A stretch of 64,000 bases of DNA, taken from an uncultured Rikenellaceae bacterium (GTDB lineage Bacteria > Bacteroidota > Bacteroidia > Bacteroidales > VadinHA17). This document shows positions 1-9,700 of the stretch, in pieces. How positions within the stretch are numbered: position 1 is the stretch's first letter; every line of letters begins with the position of its first letter. The stretch spans positions 566 through 64,565 of the forward strand of contig CAZWUB010000001.1 in assembly GCA_964637415.1 (NCBI GenBank), given 5' to 3'. The position numbers and the translations under genes were made by a program. The notes beneath the pieces are model-generated. The model was given only the letters and a program-made list of their open reading frames with translations. It ran no database searches and had not been told where the DNA came from.

Positions 1-181
1 CGCAGAATGATGCAAATTCATCTTCAAAATTCTTAACAAGATCTGCACAATCGGGATTACCCCATTTCCCGCTGCGTACTACCTCCGCAACTGCATTTAT
101 ATCAGATTCATCATAAATTGGCCAGGGGAACTCCTTATTTATTGTTTTCGGGCCGCCGTTGATAGCTAAATCTTTTTGCAT
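1..181 (-). CDS. DegT/DnrJ/EryC1/StrS-family PLP-dependent sugar aminotransferase, N-terminal fragment (gene runs off the left edge)
   Basis: Not in the ORF track. My translation of the minus strand from the ATG at 181-179 gives MQKDLAINGGPKTINKEFPWPIYDESDINAVAEVVRSGKWGNPDCADLVKNFEDEFASFC, open to position 1. This N-terminal pattern is typical of the family. The start lies 5 nt after the stop of the upstream gene. Confidence 0.55.
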   Translation of the reverse strand, partial: MQKDLAINGGPKTINKEFPWPIYDESDINAVAEVVRSGKWGNPDCADLVKNFEDEFASFC

Positions 182-186
182 GATAA

Positions 187-1188
187 TTATTTTTTTAGAT
201 GTTCATAACATAATCTGACTGACAGGAGGGAAGATTCCGGAGTACATTCCGATGGTCCGGAATTATTCCTAAGACATCCGGCAAAATACTCAATCTCATT
301 GTAATAACCTGCGCCGATATCTCCGGCAGGAACCTCTTTCATCTTTATATTATCCGAGATCCCGATTACATCGCTTTTTAAAGTTGTATAGCTGATAGTT
401 GCATTTTCAAATCCTGCAATATATCCTGCCTGGAAAGGAAATGTTGAATGGAAAATATTTCCACCCTCGATCTTTACGAGGATGCCCTTGTCTTTGTAAG
501 TCCACATTGCCGAAACATAGTCATGATTGCTGAGCTTCCCCGGAAGGTATCCGGCAGTTATCTCATCCGGAATTCCAAGCACCCAGCCTGTAAAATCTAT
601 ATCATGGATCACCAGGTCGAAGAGCGCTCCCCCTGATTTGCAGGTAGTATTTTTATCATTCCAATCACCCCAGGCCGGGATCCCCGACATACGGGTGAGA
701 GACAGGAATTTTATCTCACCGAATTCCTTTGACTCAATCCATTGCCTGAGCTTCCTGTAGGGCTCCATGAACCTGACAACATGCCCCACCATCAGTATCA
801 GGCCCTTTTGCCTTGCAAGAAATATAAGTTCCTCACCCTGCTCCGGATCAAGACAAAATGGCTTCTCAACGAAAACATGTTTATTATGATTTAATGCCAG
901 CTTTGTCATTTCATAATGGAGATGCGTGTGGGTACAGATAATAACAGCATCTGCATCTTCAGAATGAAGGCAGGTATCAAGATCTGAATATTTCCTTATA
1001 CCTTCAATGTCTTTCCCCGAGATCTTTCCCGTTGAAATGTTTCCCGTTTCTGAGTTCAGCTTGCCTTCAATAAGATCGGGTCTGGCATCAACAACAGCAG
1101 CCAGTTCAAGATCTTTATTACCAAGAATGTTCAGAGTGTGAGTCATCCCCATGAATCCGAAACCTGCAACAACAACTTTTTTAACCAT
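187..1188 (-). CDS. Gfo/Idh/MocA-family NAD(P)-dependent oxidoreductase
   Basis: 333-aa ORF. The N-terminal Rossmann motif VVVAGFGFMGMTH and the EKP motif (VFVEKPF) are typical of the family. Confidence 0.8.
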   Translation of the reverse strand: MVKKVVVAGFGFMGMTHTLNILGNKDLELAAVVDARPDLIEGKLNSETGNISTGKISGKDIEGIRKYSDLDTCLHSEDADAVIICTHTHLHYEMTKLALNHNKHVFVEKPFCLDPEQGEELIFLARQKGLILMVGHVVRFMEPYRKLRQWIESKEFGEIKFLSLTRMSGIPAWGDWNDKNTTCKSGGALFDLVIHDIDFTGWVLGIPDEITAGYLPGKLSNHDYVSAMWTYKDKGILVKIEGGNIFHSTFPFQAGYIAGFENATISYTTLKSDVIGISDNIKMKEVPAGDIGAGYYNEIEYFAGCLRNNSGPSECTPESSLLSVRLCYEHLKK

Positions 1189-1223
1189 TCAAATAAATAT
1201 TTAGAATCATACAATTTATTCTA

Positions 1224-1342
1224 ATCCTTTGTGAATCCTTTGTGAAATCCTTAGAGCGCCTTTGTGGTTAAACAAAAATAGTTTTTTTAAACACAAAGAG
1301 CACTAAGGTTATCACAAAGGGACACGAAGGATTCACAAAGGA
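1224..1342. repeat. Inverted array of phased CCTTTGTG / CACAAAGG-type units around an A/T-rich centre, in a divergent intergenic region
   Basis: The left arm has 4 units (cctttgtg, cctttgtg, ccttagag, cctttgtg). The centre is aaaaatagttttttt. The right arm has 5 units (cacaaaga, cactaagg, cacaaagg, cacgaagg, cacaaagg) spaced 9-12 nt apart. Confidence 0.8.
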
Positions 1343-1410
1343 AAGGTAAAGATTACTAAAATTTCCGGGTTGATGAAGTTTTGTTTATTTTTATAACCAA
1401 TCATAATGTC

Positions 1411-2307
1411 ATGAGCAATAAAGAAAGTATCAGATCGAGGCGCAGTTTTGTAAAGAAACTGGCTGCAACAACCTTAGTCGCATTTACAACAAAGAATATG
1501 GAAACAAATGCTTTATTTTCAACAAGCTCTCCAGGTGCAGAGCTAAAGGGCAACATTAATCATTCGGCATGCCGCTGGTGTTATTCTTCGATCCCTTTTG
1601 AAGAGTTTTGTATGAAAGCAAAGGAGATAGGATTAAAAGCCGTGGATCTCGTAGGACCTGACGGATGGCCTGTTCTTAAGAAATACGGACTTGATTCATC
1701 GATGTGCAACGGTGCTGAAATTGATATTGCCAGAGGCTGGAATGACAAGCAGTACCATTCAACACTCGTAAAAAACTATTCCGGAATGATCCCTCTTGTT
1801 GCAAAGGCAGGATACAGGAATCTGATCCTTCTCAGCGGAAACCGTAACGGGATGGATGATGAAACGGGACTTAAAAATTGTGTTGAAGGCCTGAAACAGG
1901 TACTCGGGATTGCCGAAAAGCATAATGTGATGCTTGTTATGGAGCTTCTGAACAGCAAGGTTGATCATAAGGATTATATCTGTGATCATACATGCTGGGG
2001 AGTTGAGCTTGTTAAGAGGGCAGGTTCTGAAAATCTCAGGCTTCTTTATGATATTTACCACATGCAGTTGATGGAAGGCGATGTCATCAGGACAATCAGG
2101 GAGAATCATCAGTATATTGCCCACTATCACACAGGTGGTGTCCCCGGACGTAATGAACCGGATGAGAGCCAGGAGCTATATTATCCTGCTATAATGAAAG
2201 CAATTGTCGGAACTGGGTTTAAGGGATATGTAGCCCAGGAGTTTGTTCCGACCAGAACAGATAAGCTGGAATCACTTCGTCAGGCTGTAAGTATCTGTGA
2301 TGTATGA
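1411..2307 (+). CDS. Xylose-isomerase-like TIM-barrel protein (hydroxypyruvate isomerase / sugar phosphate isomerase-epimerase family) with a twin-arginine signal
   Basis: The track ORF is 1381..2307 and starts at TTG. I prefer the ATG at 1411 (MSNKESIRSRRSFVKKLAATTLVAF), which gives a Tat-type SRRxFVK signal. The body resembles the AP-endonuclease-2/TIM-barrel family (HYHTGG, AQEF). Confidence 0.65.
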   Translation: MSNKESIRSRRSFVKKLAATTLVAFTTKNMETNALFSTSSPGAELKGNINHSACRWCYSSIPFEEFCMKAKEIGLKAVDLVGPDGWPVLKKYGLDSSMCNGAEIDIARGWNDKQYHSTLVKNYSGMIPLVAKAGYRNLILLSGNRNGMDDETGLKNCVEGLKQVLGIAEKHNVMLVMELLNSKVDHKDYICDHTCWGVELVKRAGSENLRLLYDIYHMQLMEGDVIRTIRENHQYIAHYHTGGVPGRNEPDESQELYYPAIMKAIVGTGFKGYVAQEFVPTRTDKLESLRQAVSICDV

Positions 2308-3340
2308 TTTTTCTGAAATGAACGGATTTGAAAGAATTGATTCTGCCCTGAAAGGCAGAAAGCCCGACAGGGTGCCTGTGATGCTGCATAATTTCATGAT
2401 GGCTGCCAGGGAGCATGGTGTTACTATGGAACAGTACCGCAACAGCCCTGCAGTGATCGCTGATTGTTTTATTTCGGCTGTTGAGAAATATCAGTATGAC
2501 GGGATAGTAGTTGATATTGATACAGTGACACTAGCCGGCGCCGTGGGTGTCCCTGTTGATTTTCCGGTAAATGATCCGGCAAGAACTCATAGCGGAAATC
2601 TTATGAGCCTGGAAGATGTACAGCATCTGAAACCGGTAAGGGTTGAAGATTATAAGTATATTAATATCTGGCTTGAAGCAGTCAGGAAGTTAAGTGATAA
2701 GTTCGAAAACGAAATTTATATCAGGGGGAATTGTGATCAGGCACCATTTTCGCTTGCAAGCATGATGAGGGGTGTCCAGAACTGGATGGTCGATCTGATG
2801 ATGGGGAAGGAGGAACAAATATTTGAACTGCTTGATTACTGCACTGATGTTACATCTCAGTTCATTAAGCTGATGTCGCAGACCGGCTGCCATATGGTTT
2901 CAAATGGCGATAGTCCGGCAGGTCCTGAAATGATATCTGCTGCCTTGTACAGGAAATATGCCCTGCCTTCCGAAAAAATTATAGCTGAAAAGGCTCATGA
3001 AGGGGGAATGGCATATACCTTACATATCTGCGGAAAAACAGACGATATCCTTAAATCAATGCTGTTGACCGGAGCTGATGCAATTGAGCTTGATTATAAA
3101 ACGGATATTTCATCGATATTCAGGTATTTCAATGATAATACAACTTTTATCGGGAACATCGATCCGGCTAATGTTCTGGCATTGGGAACACCGGATCTTG
3201 TAAAGGAGAAAACTCTTGAATTGCTTGAGCTGTATAAGGATTCAAACCGTTTTATATTGAATGCAGGTTGTGCGATACCTCCGGAAACACCACCTGAAAA
3301 TTTAAGGATAATGATCGAAACAGCAAGAAAGTACAGATAA
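2300..3340 (+). CDS. Uroporphyrinogen decarboxylase (URO-D) family protein, MtaA/CmuA-like
   Basis: 347-aa ORF. It shows the N-terminal RPDRVPVM motif and the C-terminal NAGCAIPPETPPENL motif typical of the URO-D superfamily. The ATG at 2300 overlaps the upstream stop by 8 nt. Confidence 0.65.
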   Translation: MYDFSEMNGFERIDSALKGRKPDRVPVMLHNFMMAAREHGVTMEQYRNSPAVIADCFISAVEKYQYDGIVVDIDTVTLAGAVGVPVDFPVNDPARTHSGNLMSLEDVQHLKPVRVEDYKYINIWLEAVRKLSDKFENEIYIRGNCDQAPFSLASMMRGVQNWMVDLMMGKEEQIFELLDYCTDVTSQFIKLMSQTGCHMVSNGDSPAGPEMISAALYRKYALPSEKIIAEKAHEGGMAYTLHICGKTDDILKSMLLTGADAIELDYKTDISSIFRYFNDNTTFIGNIDPANVLALGTPDLVKEKTLELLELYKDSNRFILNAGCAIPPETPPENLRIMIETARKYR

Positions 3341-3417
3341 ATTCTCAGGCAAGCTTTTTATAAGGAAATTAAACTAATTATCCGAAATTGACGTTGTTAT
3401 TGATATTGTTCCCGTAG

Positions 3418-3425
3418 TAAATTTG
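3418..3425 (+). promoter_or_regulatory. Candidate Bacteroidota -7 promoter element (TAnnTTTG) for the seven-gene operon
   Basis: TAAATTTG at 3418-3425 matches the Bacteroides sigma-AB -7 consensus TAnnTTTG. It lies about 37 nt upstream of the ATG at 3462 and overlaps the TTG start proposed by the ORF track, which argues for the ATG start. Confidence 0.35.
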
Positions 3426-3461
3426 CCTGTGTTATTGATTATATTTAAAAATTCAGCTCTT

Positions 3462-4769
3462 ATGATACCGCGTGTCACTTCCTGTCTTATCTCAGTTCTT
3501 ATCGCCTTTTTAATAATTTCGGGATGTAACAGCCGCAGTGCCAGAAATCCTGCAGGTTCCGCAAAACCCGGAACTGTTCAGAAGGAGGCAGAAGTAGTTG
3601 ATAAAGAAGAAGCTCCGGCTCTTGAAAAAGTAATATTCTTCATAGAGAACTCAGGCAGTATGTTTGGTTATGTAAACAGGGCCAATGAGTTCAAGAATTC
3701 ACTTGTGGGCCTTGCCTACCTTCCCGAATTTGATAAAGCATCAAAGAGCTTCTACTTCATAAACGGGAAATCCGACCAGTCAAAAAAATCAGATATCAGA
3801 ATAAACTATGTTGGAAATGATCCGGAAACCCTTAAGAATAATCTTGACCCGGTCTCATTCAATAAAGGTGATGTGAGATACAGTGATCTGAATGAGATGT
3901 TCAGGATCTCTCTCGATTCTGCAAAGGGGAACCAGGTTTCTGTCCTTGTCTCAGACTGTATATATGATGTGGGAGCTGAAAAGGATCCGCTTACATCATT
4001 GAATATCGAGATACATAAAACCCAGCAGGCTTTCCGTAACAGACTTGATAAAGAAGATATACAGACCCTTATAATTAAGGCATTATCAAAATTTGATGGT
4101 GACTATTTTTATGCATCTAAACGTGGATCAGTCAAAATATCAGATGAATACAGGCCTTTCTATATAATATTCTTTGGCAGGACGGAGTTCCTGAATGAAC
4201 TGCTTACCGAAAATAGCATTGGAAGCAAGATTGAAACTGAATTCGAAATTGCCCGTTTCTTTGTTAATGAGGAAAGAAATATCCCTTATCAGGTAGCCCC
4301 TTCCGTAAAACGTATAGGAAGTTTTAAGCTTGATTTTAAAGACAATTTACATCTGAATGATGCTGTGCCTCTCAAAGGAAAATTCCAGTTCACAATAGCA
4401 GCTGATTTCAGCTCACTTCCATTTTCTGATAACTATTATGCATCAGTTAATAATTATGAGTGTCTTTCTTCAAACTTCAGTGTGAGTGAAGTTGAAAAAA
4501 TATCAAAAAAAATACCGGGTATTGAAGGAACTCATCTGATCACGCTTTCAACAGATAAAAATCCTCTTGGGGAACTGGAGCTTGTATTGAAAAATTCAAT
4601 ACCTGAATGGATTATGGAAACTGATACTGATACTGAAGATTTAATTGACAGCAATCATACGTATGGATTCAGTTCACTTACTGATGCGATAAGCGAAGCA
4701 TACGCGTTTGAGAATAATAAGCAGGCAGGCCGGTACCCTGCTGTGTTCAGGATAAGAATATCAAATTAA
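3462..4769 (+). CDS. Lipoprotein with a vWA-like domain carrying a variant MIDAS (operon gene 1)
   Basis: Lipobox LIISGC, with Cys at 3525-3527. The motifs FFIENSGSM (3645-3659, DxSxS with E replacing D), RYSDLNEMF about 80 aa later, and VSVLVSDCIYD about 100 aa later follow vWA beta1/MIDAS spacing. Confidence 0.55.
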   Translation: MIPRVTSCLISVLIAFLIISGCNSRSARNPAGSAKPGTVQKEAEVVDKEEAPALEKVIFFIENSGSMFGYVNRANEFKNSLVGLAYLPEFDKASKSFYFINGKSDQSKKSDIRINYVGNDPETLKNNLDPVSFNKGDVRYSDLNEMFRISLDSAKGNQVSVLVSDCIYDVGAEKDPLTSLNIEIHKTQQAFRNRLDKEDIQTLIIKALSKFDGDYFYASKRGSVKISDEYRPFYIIFFGRTEFLNELLTENSIGSKIETEFEIARFFVNEERNIPYQVAPSVKRIGSFKLDFKDNLHLNDAVPLKGKFQFTIAADFSSLPFSDNYYASVNNYECLSSNFSVSEVEKISKKIPGIEGTHLITLSTDKNPLGELELVLKNSIPEWIMETDTDTEDLIDSNHTYGFSSLTDAISEAYAFENNKQAGRYPAVFRIRISN

Positions 4770-4775
4770 AATAAT

Positions 4776-5225
4776 ATGGGCAAATTCTTTGGTTCAATCT
4801 ATGATGGTATATTTAACATATATCACGAGTCATACCACGAGATCTTTCAGCATCTTTATGATAACGGAGGTTATACAAGGATGGGACTGGCATTTCTGCT
4901 GATACCTCTGACCGGATGGATCCTTTTCTATTTTCTCTGGAAATATCCTTACAGTAAAATATGGCACTGGCTGATCTGGACAGCAGTGATGGTACTCATC
5001 GTGGCGCTTGTTACAAACGGAATAGCAAATTCTGAAATATTCGGTTCAGGCAATCAGACATTGAATGATTTACTTGCCGATACAAGTACCGGTTATGCAG
5101 AATATGCCGGATCGCTGCCTGTAAAATATGTACTTACAAACAGCCTGCTTGCACTTATCCTCAGTTGCATTTATAGCCTGCTGATGAAGCAGTTCAGTAA
5201 AATTCATGTCCATTTACCATTTTAA
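4776..5225 (+). CDS. Small multi-pass inner-membrane protein, no recognisable family (operon gene 2)
   Basis: 149-aa ORF with three hydrophobic helices (LAFLLIPLTGWILFYFLW, WLIWTAVMVLIVALV, LTNSLLALILSCIYSLL). It starts 6 nt after gene 1. Confidence 0.6.
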   Translation: MGKFFGSIYDGIFNIYHESYHEIFQHLYDNGGYTRMGLAFLLIPLTGWILFYFLWKYPYSKIWHWLIWTAVMVLIVALVTNGIANSEIFGSGNQTLNDLLADTSTGYAEYAGSLPVKYVLTNSLLALILSCIYSLLMKQFSKIHVHLPF

Positions 5226-5236
5226 TTCAGGGAATC

Positions 5237-6721
5237 ATGGCAAGAAAACTATATATTTTCGCTATCGGCGGGACAGGATCAAGAGTATTGAAAGCATTAA
5301 CGATGCTTTTTGCATCGGGTGTTAAGATCGGGAATAATTTTGATACTGTTATTCCGGTAATAATCGACCCGGATACAAGTAACGGCGATCTTAATCGTAC
5401 AAAGGATATATTGCGCTTGTACCAGGAGATAAGGAACCAGGTTGACCAGCCTGATGATTTTTTCTCACAGGAGATAAGAACAATAAATGAAATGACTGTA
5501 AGCTCAGCGCTGGTAAATCCGGAATATTTTCAGTTCAAGCTTAAGGATACAGATAACAATACTTTCAACCAGTATATCGGATTTGACAGTATGAGTGACA
5601 ATATTGAGGAAAAGGACGACAAGAACTTTATAAAATCACTCTTTTCTTCACAGAATCTGAAATCCAATCTTGATGTGGGGTTTAAAGGCAATCCTAATAT
5701 GGGGTCGATAATTCTGAATCAGTTCACAAATTCGGATGACTTTAAGAAATTTGGTCAGACTTTCGGGGATGATGATGCCATCTTCATAATTAATTCAATA
5801 TTTGGCGGAACAGGGGCAGCAGGTTTTCCTTTATTGCTTAAAAACCTCAGGGGAAATAAAAGCATGCCAAGGTATGCAAAGATCAGCGTGGCTCCTGTAG
5901 GCGGAATTACATTTCTTCCATATTTCTCGCTGAACAGAAATGATGAAGTGAATGCAGAATCTTTTGAGGAGAAGGCCAAAATTGCAATAGAATATTATAA
6001 CCGGACAATAATTTCACTCAACCAGATCAATACATTATATTTCATCGGGAACAGGGGAAATACAAACCAGGAGGAATATGCTGTAGGAGGGCAGGAGCAG
6101 AGGAATAAGGCTCATTTCCTTGAACTTGCCGGTGCCCTGGCGATCCTTGATTTCTGTAAGGATGTTGATTCTCATAAATCGGGAACTCAGGTGAAGGAGT
6201 TCGGTATTGAACATGATACTCAGAATATTACATTTACAGATCTTAACATAGGTAATGCCAAACTGCTTTCGCCGCCTCTGACAAAGTTCAGGCTTTATAC
6301 AGAGTATCTCGATAAAGGATTATCAAAATCGCTCAATGTGTCGCGCTGGACAAAAAGTAATATCAGGCTGGTGAGGGGTAATAAACAATCGCTTCTGAAC
6401 AGTAATTATTTCAACAGCGCTGAATATAATACACAGATCCTGCCTTTTAATAATCACTTTACAGAATGGATCAGGGAAATGAAGGAAAACAAGCCGGTTT
6501 TCAGTCCTTTTGAGGAGATTTCTTCCGATGATGCGCTTGAACTTGTAAAGGGACAAACTCCAAAAGGAAATAAAAGCTTTAAAGCTCTCGATATTCAGAA
6601 CTGTTTGCTCACTGACAATATCTCAATCCGGAACAGGGAAAAGAAGCATACAATGCTCATCAAGATGTTTGGAAGATCAACAGAAAAGGTATTATTGAAA
6701 CGAAACCTTGTAATTCGCTGA
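5237..6721 (+). CDS. Divergent tubulin/FtsZ-superfamily GTPase-like protein (operon gene 3)
   Basis: T1-like loop IFAIGGTGSRV (5261-5281). T3-like loop GFKGNPNMGS (5678-5707; compare FtsZ GAGANPEVG). T4 tubulin-signature-like loop SIFGGTGAAGFPLL (5804-5824; compare FtsZ GGGTGTGAAPV). The three occur in the canonical order. Confidence 0.65.
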   Translation: MARKLYIFAIGGTGSRVLKALTMLFASGVKIGNNFDTVIPVIIDPDTSNGDLNRTKDILRLYQEIRNQVDQPDDFFSQEIRTINEMTVSSALVNPEYFQFKLKDTDNNTFNQYIGFDSMSDNIEEKDDKNFIKSLFSSQNLKSNLDVGFKGNPNMGSIILNQFTNSDDFKKFGQTFGDDDAIFIINSIFGGTGAAGFPLLLKNLRGNKSMPRYAKISVAPVGGITFLPYFSLNRNDEVNAESFEEKAKIAIEYYNRTIISLNQINTLYFIGNRGNTNQEEYAVGGQEQRNKAHFLELAGALAILDFCKDVDSHKSGTQVKEFGIEHDTQNITFTDLNIGNAKLLSPPLTKFRLYTEYLDKGLSKSLNVSRWTKSNIRLVRGNKQSLLNSNYFNSAEYNTQILPFNNHFTEWIREMKENKPVFSPFEEISSDDALELVKGQTPKGNKSFKALDIQNCLLTDNISIRNREKKHTMLIKMFGRSTEKVLLKRNLVIR

Positions 6722-6724
6722 ACT

Positions 6725-9700
6725 ATGTCTAAAGTATTCAGAATACATGAGGGACAGGATGGAACCGGTTGGTTCATCAGTAATCCCATTTCAAAAAATC
6801 AGCTCCGGACTGTCAAAACAGAAGGGAAGGATGTTGCTACCTCTATCCCCAGTCCGTTTGCAAGGATCGATCTGGTAAAATCAGCGTTTCGTTGGGTGGC
6901 AGATAATGGTATAAAAGGGACGACTGCCCAGCATAAGCTGGTATCGGATGCACTTGATGTGGCTCAGCTGTTTTTCCTTTACCCGAAGTATAAAGATAAA
7001 TACAGGATCATTTCATGGAAACCGGCTGACCGGTTCTTATCACTTGCCGCTGACTCAAACTCAAAGCATTCCAAGCTTTCTGAAACACTTCAGGTCTATT
7101 GGTCCCAGGATGCGGGCGTATATAATTTCGATAAGGTTAAAAGACTTTATTTTATCCTGAATAATTCAAATCAGATCATAGGAGGGACCTCTCCGGCGAC
7201 ATTGTTCTTTTCCGCACCCGATGCAAAAGAAGCAGCATCAGGCCTTAATATAACATGCGGACATGATGTCCTGTTCGATAATGTGTACACCGGTCTGTCG
7301 GAACGCGATGATAAGTCATTTATCGAATACTTATTCCTTTTATCCAGGCAGCCACATTTTCCCGATCTCTTCCCGGAAGTCTATTCATATATGGCTGAGG
7401 TATTTAATTGTCTGGATACTGAATTGCAGTCAAAGATAGCCTCCCTTGATCCATCTGAACTTGATAGTTATTCTCCCTGTCCGGTGCTTGATAATGAGAT
7501 GAATACATGTGAAGTGCTTGGTATAAAACTTGGTGTCAGGCTTGGTAATCCTGCAGAAATTCAAAAGGAAAGCGATTTTATTCTTAAACCCGGATTGCCT
7601 GTCAAGGGATTTGTGCCGCTGGTCCTGCCAAATGACAGATTTACACATAATTGGGCATACACGTCCGGAAATGTTCTGTGGGATCCGAATAATAAGGTCC
7701 CTTACAGGAATGAGAAATTTTACGGTGCATCGAAACTGCCTGTCCAGGGTGATAATTATCCCTGGCTGACTGCCGGTAATTTCTTTGAAGACAAAATAAT
7801 TGAATTACCCTATACTATCGACGGCAAGAAATTTTCCACCTGCGGGTCGACGAGACATTTTCTTCCTCTTACACCCTTATTCTTTGAGTATTTCAGGTCG
7901 GAAGATGTATCGCAGTACCTGCAGCTTACAACTCTGGCCGGGGGAGGAGTGGAGGCTAAGCTTGTTATCCCTGTGAAAGGAGGAGATGTGGTTCTCAAAA
8001 AATCCTGGCACCGCGAAGATATTATTCCAATGGAAATGCATCTGTCAATATTGCCGTTTATTCATGCCCCGGCTGCTGATCTGGATTATACAATAGGGAT
8101 ACAGGATAAGAGATTCAGCAGGGAAAGGGAATTGTCTGTTGAGTGTTATGAATCGGGGAAGCGCATCATTACAGGTAATCCGGTAATCAGGAAACAGGGG
8201 GATGGCAAAACAATTAAAAGTATCTGTTATAAAACAAAATCTTTTGATGCGATAAGGATAGGAAGCGATCCGGTAAACGGATTTATTGTTCCCATGATGT
8301 ACAGGAGTCAGCCTAACCAGCAGGTTTCATTTGCAATTGATTTTGGTACCACAAACACCCATATAGAGTATAAATATGGTGTAAATGCCGAAAACACACT
8401 CGACGTTTCATCTGACAAACCAATGTGGCAATCCCTTATAGACAGAACGAGGGGTGAAACAAAAGAAATAGCCGATGATAATAACTATGAACGGGAGCTG
8501 TTCCCCTATGAGTTCAGTCCATTTTCGAAGTATAAATTCCCTTTCAGGACTGCCCTGACATATAATCAGGACATCAGCTTCATAGAACCTGTCGATGTCT
8601 TTTCCCATACAAATAATTTCTTCCTTTTTGAAAAAATACTGAACCCGACATATCTTCAGTTGCAGACGAAGCTTAAATGGAGCAATTATTCAATGCCTGA
8701 GGATAAGATACTGGTGGAAAGTTTTATAGAGGGCTTAATATACATGGTCCTGTATAAGACATTGCTTCTTAACGGCGATCCACGGAAAACAAGAATAACC
8801 TGGTTTTATCCGGTCAGCATGGATGCATTCGAACAGGGTATATTCTTTGAGGTTTGGCAAAAAGCCTATAAGAAAATTTTCAGGGCAGACGGGACAAATA
8901 ATGTAAGGGCAGTGCCTGAAAGTACAGCCCCATATCTTTTTTACCGGACGGAATATCCCGGATTAAGTCTTTCAATAGATATAGGAGGCGGCTCCTCAGA
9001 TATTGCAGTGTTTAAAAATGCCAGCAATTCGCCGGAGTTCATTTCTTCTGTCAAATTTGCCGGAAATGCCATTTTCGGTGACGGCTTTCCGTACGGGGCC
9101 TTTGCCAATTCTTCGGATAATAATGGTTTCGTTAAAGTATACAGGAACAGAATAGAAAATGCAATAAATCAGAGTACACAGAGGTGGGAAATACTTACTG
9201 ATATTCTCAATAAAAGAAAGGACTCGGCTGATTTCAGCAGTTTCTTATTTTCACTCGAGAATGAGAAAGATCTTATATTCAGTTATACCGATTACCTTAA
9301 GCAGGACAGGAAGCTGAAGCTTCCTATACTCTTGTTTTATGGTGCAATAATTTATTATTCCGCAAATCTTCTAATGAAACAGGGGATGAAGGAAGTACCT
9401 CAGAATATACTTTTCAGCGGAACAGCTTCAAAAACTATCAGGATAATTGATACCAAGCCCGGGAATCCAAATATAACCGATCTTTTCAGGTATTTCTTTA
9501 AGAGGATAAATGGTATTGATAAATCACAGATAAGGATAGCCTTGTCGGAAAATCCAAAGGAAATTACATGCAGAGGGGCCCTGAAAGCTGATATGAACGA
9601 AGATCTGGTCAACTGTCCCATTGTGTTCTGGATCGGAGGAAATGATAATTCAGTATGGAGCAAAGCACTGGATAAGAATTCTGATATAGCTATAACGCCT

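Noticed and set aside
3423-3461. TTG start at 3423 for operon gene 1, as in the ORF track
   Set aside because: It overlaps the TAAATTTG promoter-like element and adds a hydrophobic extension before the natural n-region. The ATG at 3462 gives a normal lipoprotein signal peptide.
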